A stretch of 64,000 nt of DNA, taken from contig CP142729.1 of assembly GCA_036630325.1 (NCBI GenBank), positions 1,240,001 through 1,304,000 on the forward strand. The letters run 5' to 3'. Position numbers and translations under genes: made by a program. The notes under the pieces are model-generated. The model did not search any database and was not told the DNA's origin. It saw only the letters and a list, made by a program, of their open reading frames with translations. Shown in pieces: positions 1 to 12,122 of this stretch (the first letter of the stretch is position 1; each line of letters opens with the position of its first letter). This DNA is from Vairimorpha necatrix. Lineage: Eukaryota.

Positions 1-2841
1 ACGAATCAACATAATTCACATCCTAAATATAAAGCTTCAGACTTATTTGTATACGATCTTAGTTCTTTATGTAATAATACAATTTTGTCGAACGCGCTGG
101 TCGGTAATGACTAATGACCTTTATTCCTATATAAACAATTTTTTTATATATATGTGTTATGTCTTTCTATAACATAATTTTATTTTATTTATTTTATTTT
201 CCCTACAAGTTTTTTAAAAATTATAAATAAAATTTTAAGAAAGGAGGGCATGATAAATTTAAAAGATAACTATAATCAAAAGAATAAATATAATGACAAT
301 AAAAACATTAAAAATATAAAATATAACAAAAGCCTCATAGAGGCATATTTAAAAAATGGCCATGTCCCCATGGGACATCTCAATATGGCTAATCCTTGGT
401 GTATTTAATTTATAAAGTAATTATGACACTTTAAAATTAGATCCAATTTATATTCTTTGGTTTTTTATATATTATATTGTCTGTCATAGCCGATCAAATA
501 CGAATCAATCATATTCTAATTAAACGGAAAGAGTTGATTGGCTACAAAAAATATTTATAAACATTTCTATGGGGTGGGGAAAAAATAAACTTATTGGCAT
601 GCATATTTACTTATTTTTTTATAAATTATTTTCCTTAGTTTCTAAAAAATTTTTTCCAGATTTGCTTTTTTGTTTATTTATTATTGTAAATGAAAAGCTT
701 CCATCTCAAATGCTAGGAATTGAAACTTATATGCTAAAATGTGCATAAAATTGCTATAGTCCAAGTCTATGGAAACGATCTTGGCAAAAGCAATTTTTAA
801 ATCAATACGAGGAACCCAAAAATAAAAAAATTTAATTTTTCTCACATATATCTTTTAATTCTGTTATGTTCATACTTATTGAACTAACGTTCACATAAAA
901 TCTGTTGCAAAATTGAAATCAAAAACATGTAGTATAAAAAAATTTGGAGTTGTGGTATTATTAGCCAGCTCGTAGAACCTGCCGCTTAGATGAAATAACT
1001 CTTTCGTAATTATAAATAAGAATAAACAAAAAACGGGCAAAATTACAACCTCGTTTAATATTTAAAATACAAAATAATTATATATAATTATCACATTATG
1101 AAGTTTCCCATCATAAGATTTTCATCTGAATTTTTTTTCTAATATTTAGCTATAACTATTAATTTAAACTTTAATGATTAATACTAAAGAACGTAAGAAA
1201 AAAAATTTTTTTAAACATCCATCGTGCCTTTGCCTATTCACTTCACAACAAAAAAACATTATTCTTAAAATAAACAATTTACATTGTTTAAAGGGAGCAT
1301 CATAATGAATTATTTGTGTTCTAACTCACTTCTTTCATAAATGCTATAATATTTGAATACTAAATTTAATTATAACTCATACAAATGCCCTAGCCTCTTT
1401 CCTAAGAACTAAATCATATTGATTTTTGTTTATAAACAATTTGGAAATTGATATTTGTTTTTTATTCTGTATTTAGTTATATTTCCCTTTTCTGTCCTAT
1501 ACAAAGCATTATAGTATCTATTTTAAATTTTACGATATTTACAATTCTGTAATCTATTATTTTATATGTTTTGTTTACTTTAGAAGAATATTATAAAAAT
1601 CTTCTTAGATTACAAACAAAATATATTGACTTCTAATTATTAATATTTTAAATAGTAGTTATAATAAGATTTAAAATTAAATTTGGTATTCAGATATTTA
1701 TTATTTTGTATTTTTAATCATAAAGTGGCTAGTCTTTTTTTTGTCTTCTCTTTTCACATTAAAAAACTCACTTGCGTATATTGTAAGTATCTCTGCTGCA
1801 ATAATCTATATTAAATACAGCTGTTTTTAACTATTATATTTCATCTCACAGCAGAATATATAGTGTTTGTAGAACTCATCAAATTGGAGGATTTTTAAAA
1901 GTGAAACATAAATTTTAATGGTAGATTTGTAAATCGCCATACTATTGGTTAATGAAATCAAATATCTTATTAGTTCGGAAGAAAATGAGGCCGTATTAAA
2001 TATTCGGAATATAACATCCTATTATTCAAAAGAATTAGAAAAATAAATTTTTTTGTTTACGCCGTCGATTCGTTAAAATCTAATATGCTTTTTTAGAAAA
2101 TATACATGTAGACAAAAATTGTTTATTGAAAATTTGTTTATCTTTTGTGTGTATCCGTCCACAATTTACCCATATAATGCAATCGGTTCTAATTTTTCTT
2201 TATAAAACTTAAACAGACCAATAAGAATACTGTTTAGAAAATAAAAAAATGAAGATTTTTTTTCTTTTTATTATTAAATTTCCTAAAATAAATTATATTG
2301 TTTTTAAGGTTACCCCTGCAAACAAAAAGGGTAAATTAACAATTATGCCAATATTGTGTTTAATTTTTATTAATATTCAAAAATATCATTAAATTTATAA
2401 GAAATAAAAAACCTTTTCTTTAATTTTTAATAACAATATTATATTAAATACAATAATAAAACTATTAATGTGCGATAAAATTGAATCAAAAAATGACACA
2501 CTAACATTTTTGTCAAAAATTACCAAATCAATCTATAATACTTTGAACATATAAAATAAGACGAATAAATGAGCCATTCTCAAAAATTCATACATTTTTC
2601 GTTTTCTCTCTCTGTAATGATCAAAACAATCCTGAAACAAAAAATAATTCTTTTTTTACACACATAATATAACCCATTTGAAAAAAATTTATATATTTTT
2701 TTTTCAAATTTCTTAATATGTCGTTTCGAATTTGTTAAAACTTTGTTTCAAAACTAATAAATTAAAAAGAATTATTTGATAATTGTAAAACAAGGTTTCA
2801 TTAAAAAATATTTATATAAAAAATTATCTTCTACAATTAAG

Positions 2842-3675
2842 ATGAGAAAAATTTCACATGTACCAACAGCATGTTTACTTGTAGTTCTGAATATTTTTAC
2901 TATTAGAGCTAATAATGCTGCTAATAGAGGGCAGCCCATAGTGCTTTACACTAATGCTAATGGGCAAGGAGCTCCAGTAGTCGATAAACCAGTTCTCGTT
3001 CCCTATAATCCAGTATGTGAGACCAAGTTTGTTAATGGTAAGAGAGTTATTGCTAATACAACCAATCCTCAGGAGTGTGCTAAGAAAGCACAAGACAAAG
3101 CACAATTAAAGAGACAAGAAGCTCTTAATGCAGCAGTACAGGCCATAAAAGTAGTTGAATCAGCGCCTAGTAAACCAGAAGAATGTATAAGAACAGTTAG
3201 TAATGCATCACAAGAATGTCTTAAGAGCAAGATTACCAAGAATAGCCACGTGCTTCCCAAGTATGTGGTAGCCAGTAATTCCAATAAAGTTGATATATTT
3301 GACAAAGGCAAGAAGGTATTCACTGGTGTCAGGATTCAGTCTCACTACACTAAGAAACCTATCAAGCCCAAGCCATCTAAGTTTGTTAAGGAGTATAACA
3401 ATGTGGTTGTATTCAACGAGTTGGGTGACGTCATCGCCACCAAGACGCCAAAAGAGAAGAAAAAAGGAGGATGCATTTGTCCCATGCCTGGTTCCAATAT
3501 TGTACCACCTACAAGTGAGAAGCTTATTAGTGAATGTATCAAACAAGATTGTTCTCCAAATGGTATTATTACTAGTATTCTTAATAATGCGACAGTTGAG
3601 CCAGCAGGCAATGAAAATGACCCGAACAAGCCAACCCGCGATTCAAAAGACAAAGCAGCAGATGATAAAAAATAA
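2842..3675 (+). CDS. PTP2: Polar tube protein 2-like (277 aa from ATG 2842)
   Basis: Signal-peptide-like N-terminus; PTP2-type cysteine spacing (NPQEC, EECI..QECL, GCICP, SECIKQDC); central lysine-rich KKPIKPKPSKF; VFNELGDVI motif. Length is typical of PTP2, and it lies next to a DP/E2F gene as in the known ptp locus. The track's TTG start was replaced by the first ATG. Confidence 0.85.
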   Translation: MRKISHVPTACLLVVLNIFTIRANNAANRGQPIVLYTNANGQGAPVVDKPVLVPYNPVCETKFVNGKRVIANTTNPQECAKKAQDKAQLKRQEALNAAVQAIKVVESAPSKPEECIRTVSNASQECLKSKITKNSHVLPKYVVASNSNKVDIFDKGKKVFTGVRIQSHYTKKPIKPKPSKFVKEYNNVVVFNELGDVIATKTPKEKKKGGCICPMPGSNIVPPTSEKLISECIKQDCSPNGIITSILNNATVEPAGNENDPNKPTRDSKDKAADDKK

Positions 3676-3836
3676 ATTATATTTTAATTATTAAAATTGG
3701 AAATCTTTATTATACTTGTTATTACTGAATTTACATTGTTCTTACTCTATGTTTAAATTATCATTTTGTTTTCTTAGTGTTCATTTTTTGTTATTGTTTA
3801 TGATATTTTTCTTGTTTTTTTTATACCATATTAATT

Positions 3837-4394
3837 ATGAAGAACTTATATAGCGACATACACTCAGAAAACAAGAAAGATGGGATGAAATACATCACTA
3901 ATGAAGTTTATAATATCATCAAAAGCAATGATGGTGTCACATATACACACATATGTGAAAACATCCAACTTCCTAATAAAAAGACGCTACATAGGCGAAT
4001 TTACGACGTCTTAAATGTCATGAAAGCTGTTCAAATCGTCGACAAGAAAAATAAGAAATTTTATTTGACAAACAATCAAGATTCAATAAACAAGAAAAAA
4101 GAAGATCTCAGTAAATTACAAGATATGAAAAATATATTTGAATATTTAGTAAATAAAAATAGAAAAGATGATGGGAGTGATAAGTTATATCTCCCATTTA
4201 TGATAATAAAGACTAAACAAGATAGCAACGTACACTGCGACACTAACGAAGAAAGATCTTTTTTTACATTTAAATCTTCACATGAGATAGAATTAGTGGA
4301 AGATTTGGAAATATTAAAGGAATTATATTTTATTGACAATAGTAAATCGATAGGAAATAATAGTAAGGAATTTTTAGACAACATATTTTTCTAA
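3837..4394 (+). CDS. E2F/DP-family transcription factor (DP-like)
   Basis: Winged-helix signature RRIYDVLNVMKAV, followed by the DP dimerisation segment LYLPFMII...EDLEILK. Confidence 0.9.
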   Translation: MKNLYSDIHSENKKDGMKYITNEVYNIIKSNDGVTYTHICENIQLPNKKTLHRRIYDVLNVMKAVQIVDKKNKKFYLTNNQDSINKKKEDLSKLQDMKNIFEYLVNKNRKDDGSDKLYLPFMIIKTKQDSNVHCDTNEERSFFTFKSSHEIELVEDLEILKELYFIDNSKSIGNNSKEFLDNIFF

Positions 4395-4559
4395 TAAAGA
4401 AACTTATCAAGAGCGAATACAATAAAGTAAAATTAAATTTAAATTTTTTACTATAAAATAAACAAATTTAGAATTTGTTTGTAACTTATAAATAAATTTT
4501 AAGGGTAAAATAAATATTTTTACATTTTAAAGGTAAAAATTTTAAGGTTGAGTTTATTT

Positions 4560-7187
4560 TTAATAAAACTTAAGTTGTGGATTAAAAGGCTCACTTTCGC
4601 CATCTTCCTCGACTGTGACTTCTTTGCCTGAAATATCTTCAATATAAAATTTAAACTCTTTGATAATTTCGTACTCATTGAATTTTTTGATATATTTTTC
4701 AGGGTACACAATATAATCCATCAAAAATATATTTCCTTTCTTAATATTTATATTATACCTCTCTAAAATAGTCTTTATATCTCTTAGTATCTCATTTATC
4801 AATTCCTTATCTTTTTTGATGCTTTCATCCCTGGGACATCCTGATTCGTCAATATATCTCATAATCTCTAATTTCCACTCGGGGTACTTGTCGCCTACTA
4901 AAATCTTGACTTTAGACTTATTCTTTGCTATTTTACTTAGATTTATCTTTTTAGTGAGATCTTTTAGGTATTCAATTGAACTGATCATTTTATCAGTGCT
5001 CAATTTTATAGTAGGCAAATTAAAATCAGAATCAAAATATTTATCAAGTAAATATCTACAAAAATCAGGCATAATTGGGTACAGTAACTGAGTCATAGAT
5101 TTATGTACTTGTCTAATAAGTGAAGAATTAGTGCCTCTTAGTACTTTATATAGACTTATTAAATGTGACATCTCGAAAAATCCATATTTTACCACGTCAC
5201 TATATTTCATAATATCATAAGCACGAATACATTCCTTAATATTAAAAGACAAGGTCTCTAATAAAAAGATATCGACATTCTTACTAGAATTATCTGAATT
5301 ATTGAATTCATCTTCAATACTTTTAATAAAATTAAAAATTTTTAAGACATAAGAATTCGCATTAGATTCTATAAAATTGGCATCTTCATTTGTATCTCCG
5401 CAAACTGCCAAACACATTCGTGTCGCACTTTTCCCATATCTCGCCAGTGCATCGTCGACTGTCAAAAAATTGCCTGTGCTTTTAGACATCTTCTCAGAAT
5501 TTAACATTAAATGTCCATTAGTGAAAATACGCCTAGGCCAATATTTCTCATCAAAAATCGCAACATGATTAAACATAAAAAACAATAAATGGTTTTTTAT
5601 CAAATCTTTACCACTAACTCGTAAATCTACTGGGTAAAAATATTCAAAACTTTTTTTACATTTACTAAGTAACTCGGAATATTCTGATAATTCAGGTATA
5701 AGATCTTTACCCATGAAAATATAATCCCATACATCGTTAGACAAAAGTTTACTTGGAAAAATTTCTTCTACTCCTTCTAAATCTTCAAATAAAAAATTTT
5801 TCACTGTATAAAAAGCCATATAAATTGTACTATCGCTTAAACTATCAATAAGATATTGATCATCCCAAGGAATTCTAGTTCCTAGACCAAAACTTCTACT
5901 AAATGCCCATTTGTTTATCCAATCTACGCCTTCTTCTAATTTAGATCTTGTGTCTGATTCGCATTCCATATTTTTTAAACATTTTTTTACTTTATTTTTC
6001 CAATTTTCGTTTGAATAATCAATGTACCACTGGTCGAGCAACGAAACAACACAAATACCACCCGATCTACTAATTACTTCTCCTTCTGGGATATAAACAC
6101 TTACAAATTTATCAGTCTGGATTAATTTATCCTCAATCGACAAATTTTTTATATCATTTTCAATATTCGAAGATTGGTTTTCGGCATCTTTTAAAAATTT
6201 TAAATCTTCGGCAAACCTAAAGTTTTCTGATAATTCTGTTTTTACAACGAAAAGATCTTTTTCTACGAACTCGACATTGATAGACAAATCATTAAAAAAT
6301 ATTGCAAAATCTTTGTTTTTTTTTAAATTCAATTCTTCTAAATATTCAATATTAGACACCTGATATTTTAAATTATCAAAAATTATTTTTTCAGAAATAA
6401 AAATTTTCTCTTTATATTTAAAACTTATAAATCTTAGGTTTTCTCCTATAACTAATTTTATTGGTTTCCCTTCGTTTTTATACCTACACAATAAAATTTT
6501 TTCATTTATATTAAATTTATATAAAATTTGTTGTATTGGTTTAAGATTTTCTCCTTTTCTTCTATCATGATCTAAACAAGCCTGGTTATCTATAGGACAA
6601 AAGATAGAATATCTTTTACCAAATGAAAGGTATCCTAAATTTTTTAATTTATAAAATTGCCATCTTATAAATGAATCATAATATTTATTAATATCAGTTG
6701 TAATAAAAGATCTTCTCCAGTCAATATTGGCACCAAAATTTTTTAAAGAATTGATACACAATTTCGGGAATGTTTTAATCCAATGTATTGGATCTGTAAA
6801 TGGTTCTACATTATCAAATCCTAGACTTTGTATTATATCTTTTGTAGAAATGTCAGTTTTTTGACCATTAAGCTCGTCTTTCAATTTTTTGGCAAGTGCT
6901 GCTATAGGCATTCCTGTACAATGAAATCCTAGTGGGAATAAAACGTTGTATCCTTGTAGTTCTTTATAATAAGACTCGAAATCAGATTTTGAGATAGAAA
7001 AAAGATGACCAAGATGTAATTTGCCATTCATGTATGGATATGGAAAAGTGACAAAAAATTTTTGTTTTTCTGAAATTTCAGATTTTACAATTCGATTTTT
7101 TTCTAATTTATTTAGGTAGTTTAGTTTGTCGTTCTCTCTGTTTAATTCAATATTTTCTTTGTTCAAGTCGCAAGTCTTTTTACTCAT
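4560..7187 (-). CDS. LARS1: Leucyl-tRNA synthetase (eukaryotic cytosolic type)
   Basis: TFPYPYMNGKLHLGH (HIGH motif), KMSKS, SRSFGLGTRIPWD, DSLSDSTIYMA; CCCC motif 3 nt before ATG. Confidence 0.97.
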   Translation of the reverse strand: MSKKTCDLNKENIELNRENDKLNYLNKLEKNRIVKSEISEKQKFFVTFPYPYMNGKLHLGHLFSISKSDFESYYKELQGYNVLFPLGFHCTGMPIAALAKKLKDELNGQKTDISTKDIIQSLGFDNVEPFTDPIHWIKTFPKLCINSLKNFGANIDWRRSFITTDINKYYDSFIRWQFYKLKNLGYLSFGKRYSIFCPIDNQACLDHDRRKGENLKPIQQILYKFNINEKILLCRYKNEGKPIKLVIGENLRFISFKYKEKIFISEKIIFDNLKYQVSNIEYLEELNLKKNKDFAIFFNDLSINVEFVEKDLFVVKTELSENFRFAEDLKFLKDAENQSSNIENDIKNLSIEDKLIQTDKFVSVYIPEGEVISRSGGICVVSLLDQWYIDYSNENWKNKVKKCLKNMECESDTRSKLEEGVDWINKWAFSRSFGLGTRIPWDDQYLIDSLSDSTIYMAFYTVKNFLFEDLEGVEEIFPSKLLSNDVWDYIFMGKDLIPELSEYSELLSKCKKSFEYFYPVDLRVSGKDLIKNHLLFFMFNHVAIFDEKYWPRRIFTNGHLMLNSEKMSKSTGNFLTVDDALARYGKSATRMCLAVCGDTNEDANFIESNANSYVLKIFNFIKSIEDEFNNSDNSSKNVDIFLLETLSFNIKECIRAYDIMKYSDVVKYGFFEMSHLISLYKVLRGTNSSLIRQVHKSMTQLLYPIMPDFCRYLLDKYFDSDFNLPTIKLSTDKMISSIEYLKDLTKKINLSKIAKNKSKVKILVGDKYPEWKLEIMRYIDESGCPRDESIKKDKELINEILRDIKTILERYNINIKKGNIFLMDYIVYPEKYIKKFNEYEIIKEFKFYIEDISGKEVTVEEDGESEPFNPQLKFY

Positions 7188-7254
7188 AATGGGGTATAAA
7201 AAAAATATGAAAAAAAAAATTTATTAAAAAACGCTTCTTTAATTATTTTGTTTT

Positions 7255-8211
7255 CTAATTATTATTTAGTAATTTTTCAAGTTCTTCTATTTCTTCGTCT
7301 AAGCCTTCTATGTCAATGTTTAAGTCCATGTTCAAAATTTTATCTTCGGGCAAATTTTTTTCCGTTTTTAATTTCTTGACTGCCTCGTCATTTTCAAGTG
7401 TTCTTTTTAAATTTTCTTGTTTCTCAGGATTGTTTATATTTTTCTCAAGATGTGTTTTATTGGGCCTATCAATTTCCTCATTGTTCAAAGTCGAGATATC
7501 TTTGTCTGTTTCCTCTTCTGCTTCAACAAATGGAGAAGTTTCTATTGGTTTGTTTTTTGTTTGGTTAAATTCATTGATTTCTTCTTGTGTGCTTTCTAAA
7601 TTTGATACACTCTTGTTTACAATTATTTGTGCATCTGAAAGAGTGACGCAATTATTATTATCATTAATTATATTATTAGCTGTTATAGTATTAGTTGTAT
7701 TATTAGCTGTTATAGTATTAGTTGTATTATTGTCTTTATTACTATTATCAATAATACCGCTGTCTTTATTATTATCATCAATAATAGCACTGTCATTTAT
7801 ATTATTGTCTTTATTATTATCATCAATAATAGCACTGTCATTTATATTATTGTCTTTGCTAATATTATTGTTACTAATCTTGTGCCTTGTTTTATTTTCT
7901 ATAATTTCTGTAAGTAATTTAACTTTGGGATCTTTCCATAAGTCTTTATTGGGGTCTATATGCTTAAACTCACATCTATATTTGGTACACCCGCCCTTGT
8001 CTTCCCAGTAACACATCGTGTCGGATCTCTGTTTCACAACATGATACAAAGAATGTCTCAATGGACAATCCATTCTACATTTTTTATTTTTAGACCAGTT
8101 TTTACAAAGTATTAAATTGTCTTTAGAAAGTTGATTATGTCTAAATCTACATCTTTCTTTTAACTTACATTCTGAATATAAAAAAAAATAACAGTCTTCT
8201 AGTTCAACCAT
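7255..8211 (-). CDS. CCCH zinc-finger protein (three N-terminal C3H fingers, ZC3H11A-like) with Asn-rich repeats
   Basis: CYFFLYSECKLKERCRFRH, CKNWSKNKKCRMDCPLRH, CYWEDKGGCTKYRCEFKH; ATG at 8211 preceded by CCCTTTT. Confidence 0.85.
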   Translation of the reverse strand: MVELEDCYFFLYSECKLKERCRFRHNQLSKDNLILCKNWSKNKKCRMDCPLRHSLYHVVKQRSDTMCYWEDKGGCTKYRCEFKHIDPNKDLWKDPKVKLLTEIIENKTRHKISNNNISKDNNINDSAIIDDNNKDNNINDSAIIDDNNKDSGIIDNSNKDNNTTNTITANNTTNTITANNIINDNNNCVTLSDAQIIVNKSVSNLESTQEEINEFNQTKNKPIETSPFVEAEEETDKDISTLNNEEIDRPNKTHLEKNINNPEKQENLKRTLENDEAVKKLKTEKNLPEDKILNMDLNIDIEGLDEEIEELEKLLNNN

Positions 8212-8461
8212 AAAAGGGTAGTAAATTAAAAAAAACAAATGTATTTGAAAATATTTAGACAACAGCAAAAGGCAAAAATTTTAAAAAATATTTTAAAATT
8301 GTTAGATACACATTTAAAATATCATAATATTGATAGATTCTTTTATTTAAATATTAATATTTGATGTTTTTAATAGGGGAATATTGATTTTTTTGTTTTT
8401 TAAAAAACAAATAAAATCATTTTATAATGGCAAATTGTATTGTCTTACCCTTCTTTGGGTT

Positions 8462-8851
8462 ATGAAAAAATTTGACATCTTTTTAAATAAAAATATAGAA
8501 ATTCCGCCAAGCCAAGACTTAACCAAAGATATTTCACTCGCTCTAGAATCGTCTTCCGTACTGAGATCTTCAAAATACGCTAATAATAAAACAAAAATAA
8601 AATTCAATTTTTTGAAATTTACACAATTATACGTCTTAAAATTGTTCTTTATTACTGTATTGTCAAGTACTAAAGATGGTTATATTGGTTTTGATTCTTC
8701 TTGTAGGTGTTTAATAAAAACAAAAGAAAAATTAATAATTAATAAAAGGTATGAAATGTACGGGAAGATAGTGAAAGAGAAATATTTAACATTAATATGT
8801 GAGAAGATAATAGAAATTGATTATAAAAAACTTGTATATCAACTTTTATGA
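8462..8851 (+). CDS. Hypothetical protein, possibly a small OB-fold (RMI2/RPA-like)
   Basis: Open frame with ATG after a CCC motif; beta-rich C-terminus YIGFDSSC..RYEMYGKIV..LICEKIIEI. The fold guess is weak. Confidence 0.5.
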   Translation: MKKFDIFLNKNIEIPPSQDLTKDISLALESSSVLRSSKYANNKTKIKFNFLKFTQLYVLKLFFITVLSSTKDGYIGFDSSCRCLIKTKEKLIINKRYEMYGKIVKEKYLTLICEKIIEIDYKKLVYQLL

Positions 8852-9181
8852 AACATAAAATCTTGTATACAACAATGTTCAAAAGTAATAAAGATTTCCA
8901 TTTTATTATCTTAAACTATTAAATCTATATTAAACATATTTGTAAAATGCTGTATTGTACATGAAAATTGAGTTTAAAATGACAGTATTTGTAGACAATT
9001 AAAAATTGTCATTTTTAAAAATTAAAAGTATAATTGGGTTGGTAAATGATATGTTTCTATAATGTGATTATAACAGTAAATACATCTTATAAAATAAAAT
9101 AATTCGTATTGATAAAAGCGAATTGAAACAATTTTTGATTTAAAACATAAAATAAATAAAAAAATTAATCAAAAAAATAAT

Positions 9182-10774
9182 ATGAATTTTTCGGAATGTT
9201 TTACACAAGAAGATGAAAAATTGAATAAAAAGATCTTAACAAGCGTAAAATTATTAGTAAATAGAATTTCTAATTTTCCTAAAAATCAAAATATAGACTG
9301 TCTTTTATGTTCAGAAAAATTAAATTTACATAACATTCACGATTTAACTAGAATTTATAGCTGCGCATATTTCTGTATGAAATTTCATTGTAAAAGCCTC
9401 CTGAAAATTGACATTGAGGATCTTTTCATTTTCGAAATTTTTTTATTAAATTTTATAAAAACGGAAGATATTTCAGATATCGAGTATCTAATAAAATATA
9501 GCAACAATACTAACGAAAAAATGTATAAATTAGCATTCAAAGACCAATTAATAGCGATTTATAAGACTCATAGTAATGAAAAAGGATTCAATATCAAGTG
9601 CGAACAAGAAATTGATAGTTTGACTTATTTATATTATAAAAAATTTAAAAGAAATGTATCAGAATGTGTATTTGATAATTATTTATTGGTCGTATTGTTT
9701 TTAAGAAAAGAATATCAAAGATTTAGTCAAATTTTTAATTTGACCAAAAAAAATTCATTTAATATAAAAATGGCTATACTATTCGATATAATAGAAGAAA
9801 ACAAAGAAGAACTAATCGATAAATGTAAATTATTAGAATCTATTGAATCAGATTGTCTTGTTCATATGGATATTTTAAAAACCTTTTTAATATCTTTAAA
9901 TGGTAAACATAATTTTGATTTCAATGAAATTATTAATTTATTTGATACACATGGCGATATTAATTCCTGGGTAAGTGAACTAATAGATCGGATTTATTGG
10001 CAAAACTGTGTAAAATTATGGTGTAAAAATCGAAATGATAATTCGTCAAGTGTAGACAATTCAATGATAGACATTTGTATTAAAAATAATAAATATGAAG
10101 ATGGCTGGTTAATTTTCAATAATATCGTTTGTATTGAAACTTCAAGATTTCTAAGAGGATTAAATCTGTGCTGTACAGCTTTAAAATTTTCTAGAAATTG
10201 TGAATGGAAAAAAAGATTAGTATCAATACTTAATATGATTTTTGAAAACAGAAACATTTTAAATTTGGAAAATTTAGTCGAGAATTTACTAACAAATATC
10301 CAAACATTCTCCGTATTTCATATAATTCGTATTTTAAATGAGTTACAAACACATCTTATAAAAATTTCTCTAAACGATTCATTTTTTGAATGTATATTGG
10401 GATTTTATAATGTGTATTGTTATGAACATCAGAATGTCGAATTAAATCGAGTGTGTTGTACAAATGCAATATATTTCTATAATAAGTGGAATAAAGGAAG
10501 ACATGGAAAATGTAATTTATTTAGAAGAAAGAAATCTGAATGGGATACAAAGATTTATTCACATATGTTAAGTATTTGTGATATAGCGCGGAATTGTGAA
10601 TTTTTTACTAAAGTGTGTAAAGATTTAGTTAATAATGATACGCATATAACTAGGGATTTGTGTAGACAAATAGAGAATTTTCATAGTAAAAATTGCGAAA
10701 ACTGTGAATATAGAAGAAAACAGATAGTGACGACTAAAGAGAGCAGTGGATTATTTTGTTATTTTTTCAAATAA
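9182..10774 (+). CDS. Hypothetical Cys-rich helical-repeat protein (paralog of 18283..20058)
   Basis: 530-aa ORF sharing CEQ(E/D)I(D/E)SLT, VKLWxxNR, SMIxxCIK..DGW, IYxxMLxxCD and CKDLVNN with the 591-aa ORF. Confidence 0.8.
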   Translation: MNFSECFTQEDEKLNKKILTSVKLLVNRISNFPKNQNIDCLLCSEKLNLHNIHDLTRIYSCAYFCMKFHCKSLLKIDIEDLFIFEIFLLNFIKTEDISDIEYLIKYSNNTNEKMYKLAFKDQLIAIYKTHSNEKGFNIKCEQEIDSLTYLYYKKFKRNVSECVFDNYLLVVLFLRKEYQRFSQIFNLTKKNSFNIKMAILFDIIEENKEELIDKCKLLESIESDCLVHMDILKTFLISLNGKHNFDFNEIINLFDTHGDINSWVSELIDRIYWQNCVKLWCKNRNDNSSSVDNSMIDICIKNNKYEDGWLIFNNIVCIETSRFLRGLNLCCTALKFSRNCEWKKRLVSILNMIFENRNILNLENLVENLLTNIQTFSVFHIIRILNELQTHLIKISLNDSFFECILGFYNVYCYEHQNVELNRVCCTNAIYFYNKWNKGRHGKCNLFRRKKSEWDTKIYSHMLSICDIARNCEFFTKVCKDLVNNDTHITRDLCRQIENFHSKNCENCEYRRKQIVTTKESSGLFCYFFK

Positions 10775-10934
10775 ATTATTACAACTTAGTCAAGAATTTA
10801 TTTGTGTCAAAACAATAAATTACAAATTATACAAAGATTTGTTTGAACCATTAAATTGATATTAATAACAGAAACAATACACAAATTAAAATATATATAA
10901 TTATTTTAAAGATTTTTAAATTTTTTCCTTTTTT

Positions 10935-12122
10935 TTAATATGTTATCTCGTATACACAACTTATTAAATGTTTTATGGCAGTTTGTATTTTAAAAATATC
11001 TTTCAAATATTCTTTAAACAACGGATCATTTATAATTTTCTCTTCTGTTTCACATTTCTCTTGATAATTTTCATAATCCCATATCAATTCTATCAAATTT
11101 TTATGTTTCTTCAATTTTTTTTTAATTCGTTTTTCAATTTTCATTATCAATTCTTCCAAATCTTTTTCTATTGAAATATCTTCTATCAATTTCTTATACT
11201 TTCCATTTCTAATATCATACATAGCAAAATATATTTCATGAAAAGCGAATGAACAAAAAAGTTTCAATAAAGATAAATCTTTACGACTTAATTCGTTATA
11301 TTCATAATACATTATTTTATCACACATTTCTGGTATACTTATCGGCATTTCATAACAATCTTTATAATTCGATGTTGACAAAAAGAATATAAAATACGTT
11401 TTAAATTTTTCTGTATTTAATAATTGTTTCAAAAAATTAAAGAAAAATTTTTCTTTACCAAAATTTAGGTTAAAAATGTTAAATAAATTGATTTGGTTTT
11501 TTTTGATAAATATTTCTGAAGGATTTAGTGATTGAACTAATGATTTTGATCTCAATCTTTTGTAAATTATATTGTTTATATTGCCAATTATTTGATCTTT
11601 AGAACATTTACAAACTTTTGTAGGTATAAGTTTTATGATATAAGAATCTTCAGTATTTTTTATTATACAATCTCCGTGGTAAACTTTAATCTTTTTAAAA
11701 ATTTTTTCCAATTCTTCTTTTAGTATTGATTTTTGTTCTTTTAGATTATTATTGTATATATTACAATAGTTTAAATATTTTTTTGTTTGTGGATTATAAT
11801 ATGACATTAGTTTTATTAAGTCTTTATAGAATGTTTTTGTATTGATTTTTGATAAATAAGAAATTTTTGTTTTTGAAATTTGACGACAAATTAGGTTTTC
11901 TAAGTTGTCAGAGATTATTAGAATTATTATGTTATCATTAAAAAAATTTGGATCGTGACAGGTACATTCGAAATCTAGTAGTTTTAGTTTCATGTATTCG
12001 ATTATTTCGTTTTTACAACCTCGATCATTTTCAGCGAATCCTATTGGCCATGGAGCGATGAGTGATTGTAAGGATATTTTCAAGTATAGAATTATTAAAA
12101 TATCTATAAAACCTTTTGACAT
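10935..12122 (-). CDS. Hypothetical protein with N-terminal hydrophobic signal
   Basis: 395-aa ORF; CCCCC motif before ATG; FIDILIILYL N-terminus. Confidence 0.75.
   Translation of the reverse strand: MSKGFIDILIILYLKISLQSLIAPWPIGFAENDRGCKNEIIEYMKLKLLDFECTCHDPNFFNDNIIILIISDNLENLICRQISKTKISYLSKINTKTFYKDLIKLMSYYNPQTKKYLNYCNIYNNNLKEQKSILKEELEKIFKKIKVYHGDCIIKNTEDSYIIKLIPTKVCKCSKDQIIGNINNIIYKRLRSKSLVQSLNPSEIFIKKNQINLFNIFNLNFGKEKFFFNFLKQLLNTEKFKTYFIFFLSTSNYKDCYEMPISIPEMCDKIMYYEYNELSRKDLSLLKLFCSFAFHEIYFAMYDIRNGKYKKLIEDISIEKDLEELIMKIEKRIKKKLKKHKNLIELIWDYENYQEKCETEEKIINDPLFKEYLKDIFKIQTAIKHLISCVYEITY

Noticed and set aside
2776-2841. TTG/upstream starts given by the ORF track (also 8268, 8384, 13051, 15695, 16354, 17913, 26929)
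   Set aside because: Downstream ATGs with CCC or AT-rich context and sensible N-termini fit microsporidian initiation better
7310-8011. 233-aa hydrophobic membrane-like ORF on +
   Set aside because: Antisense shadow of the Asn/Asp-rich CCCH gene
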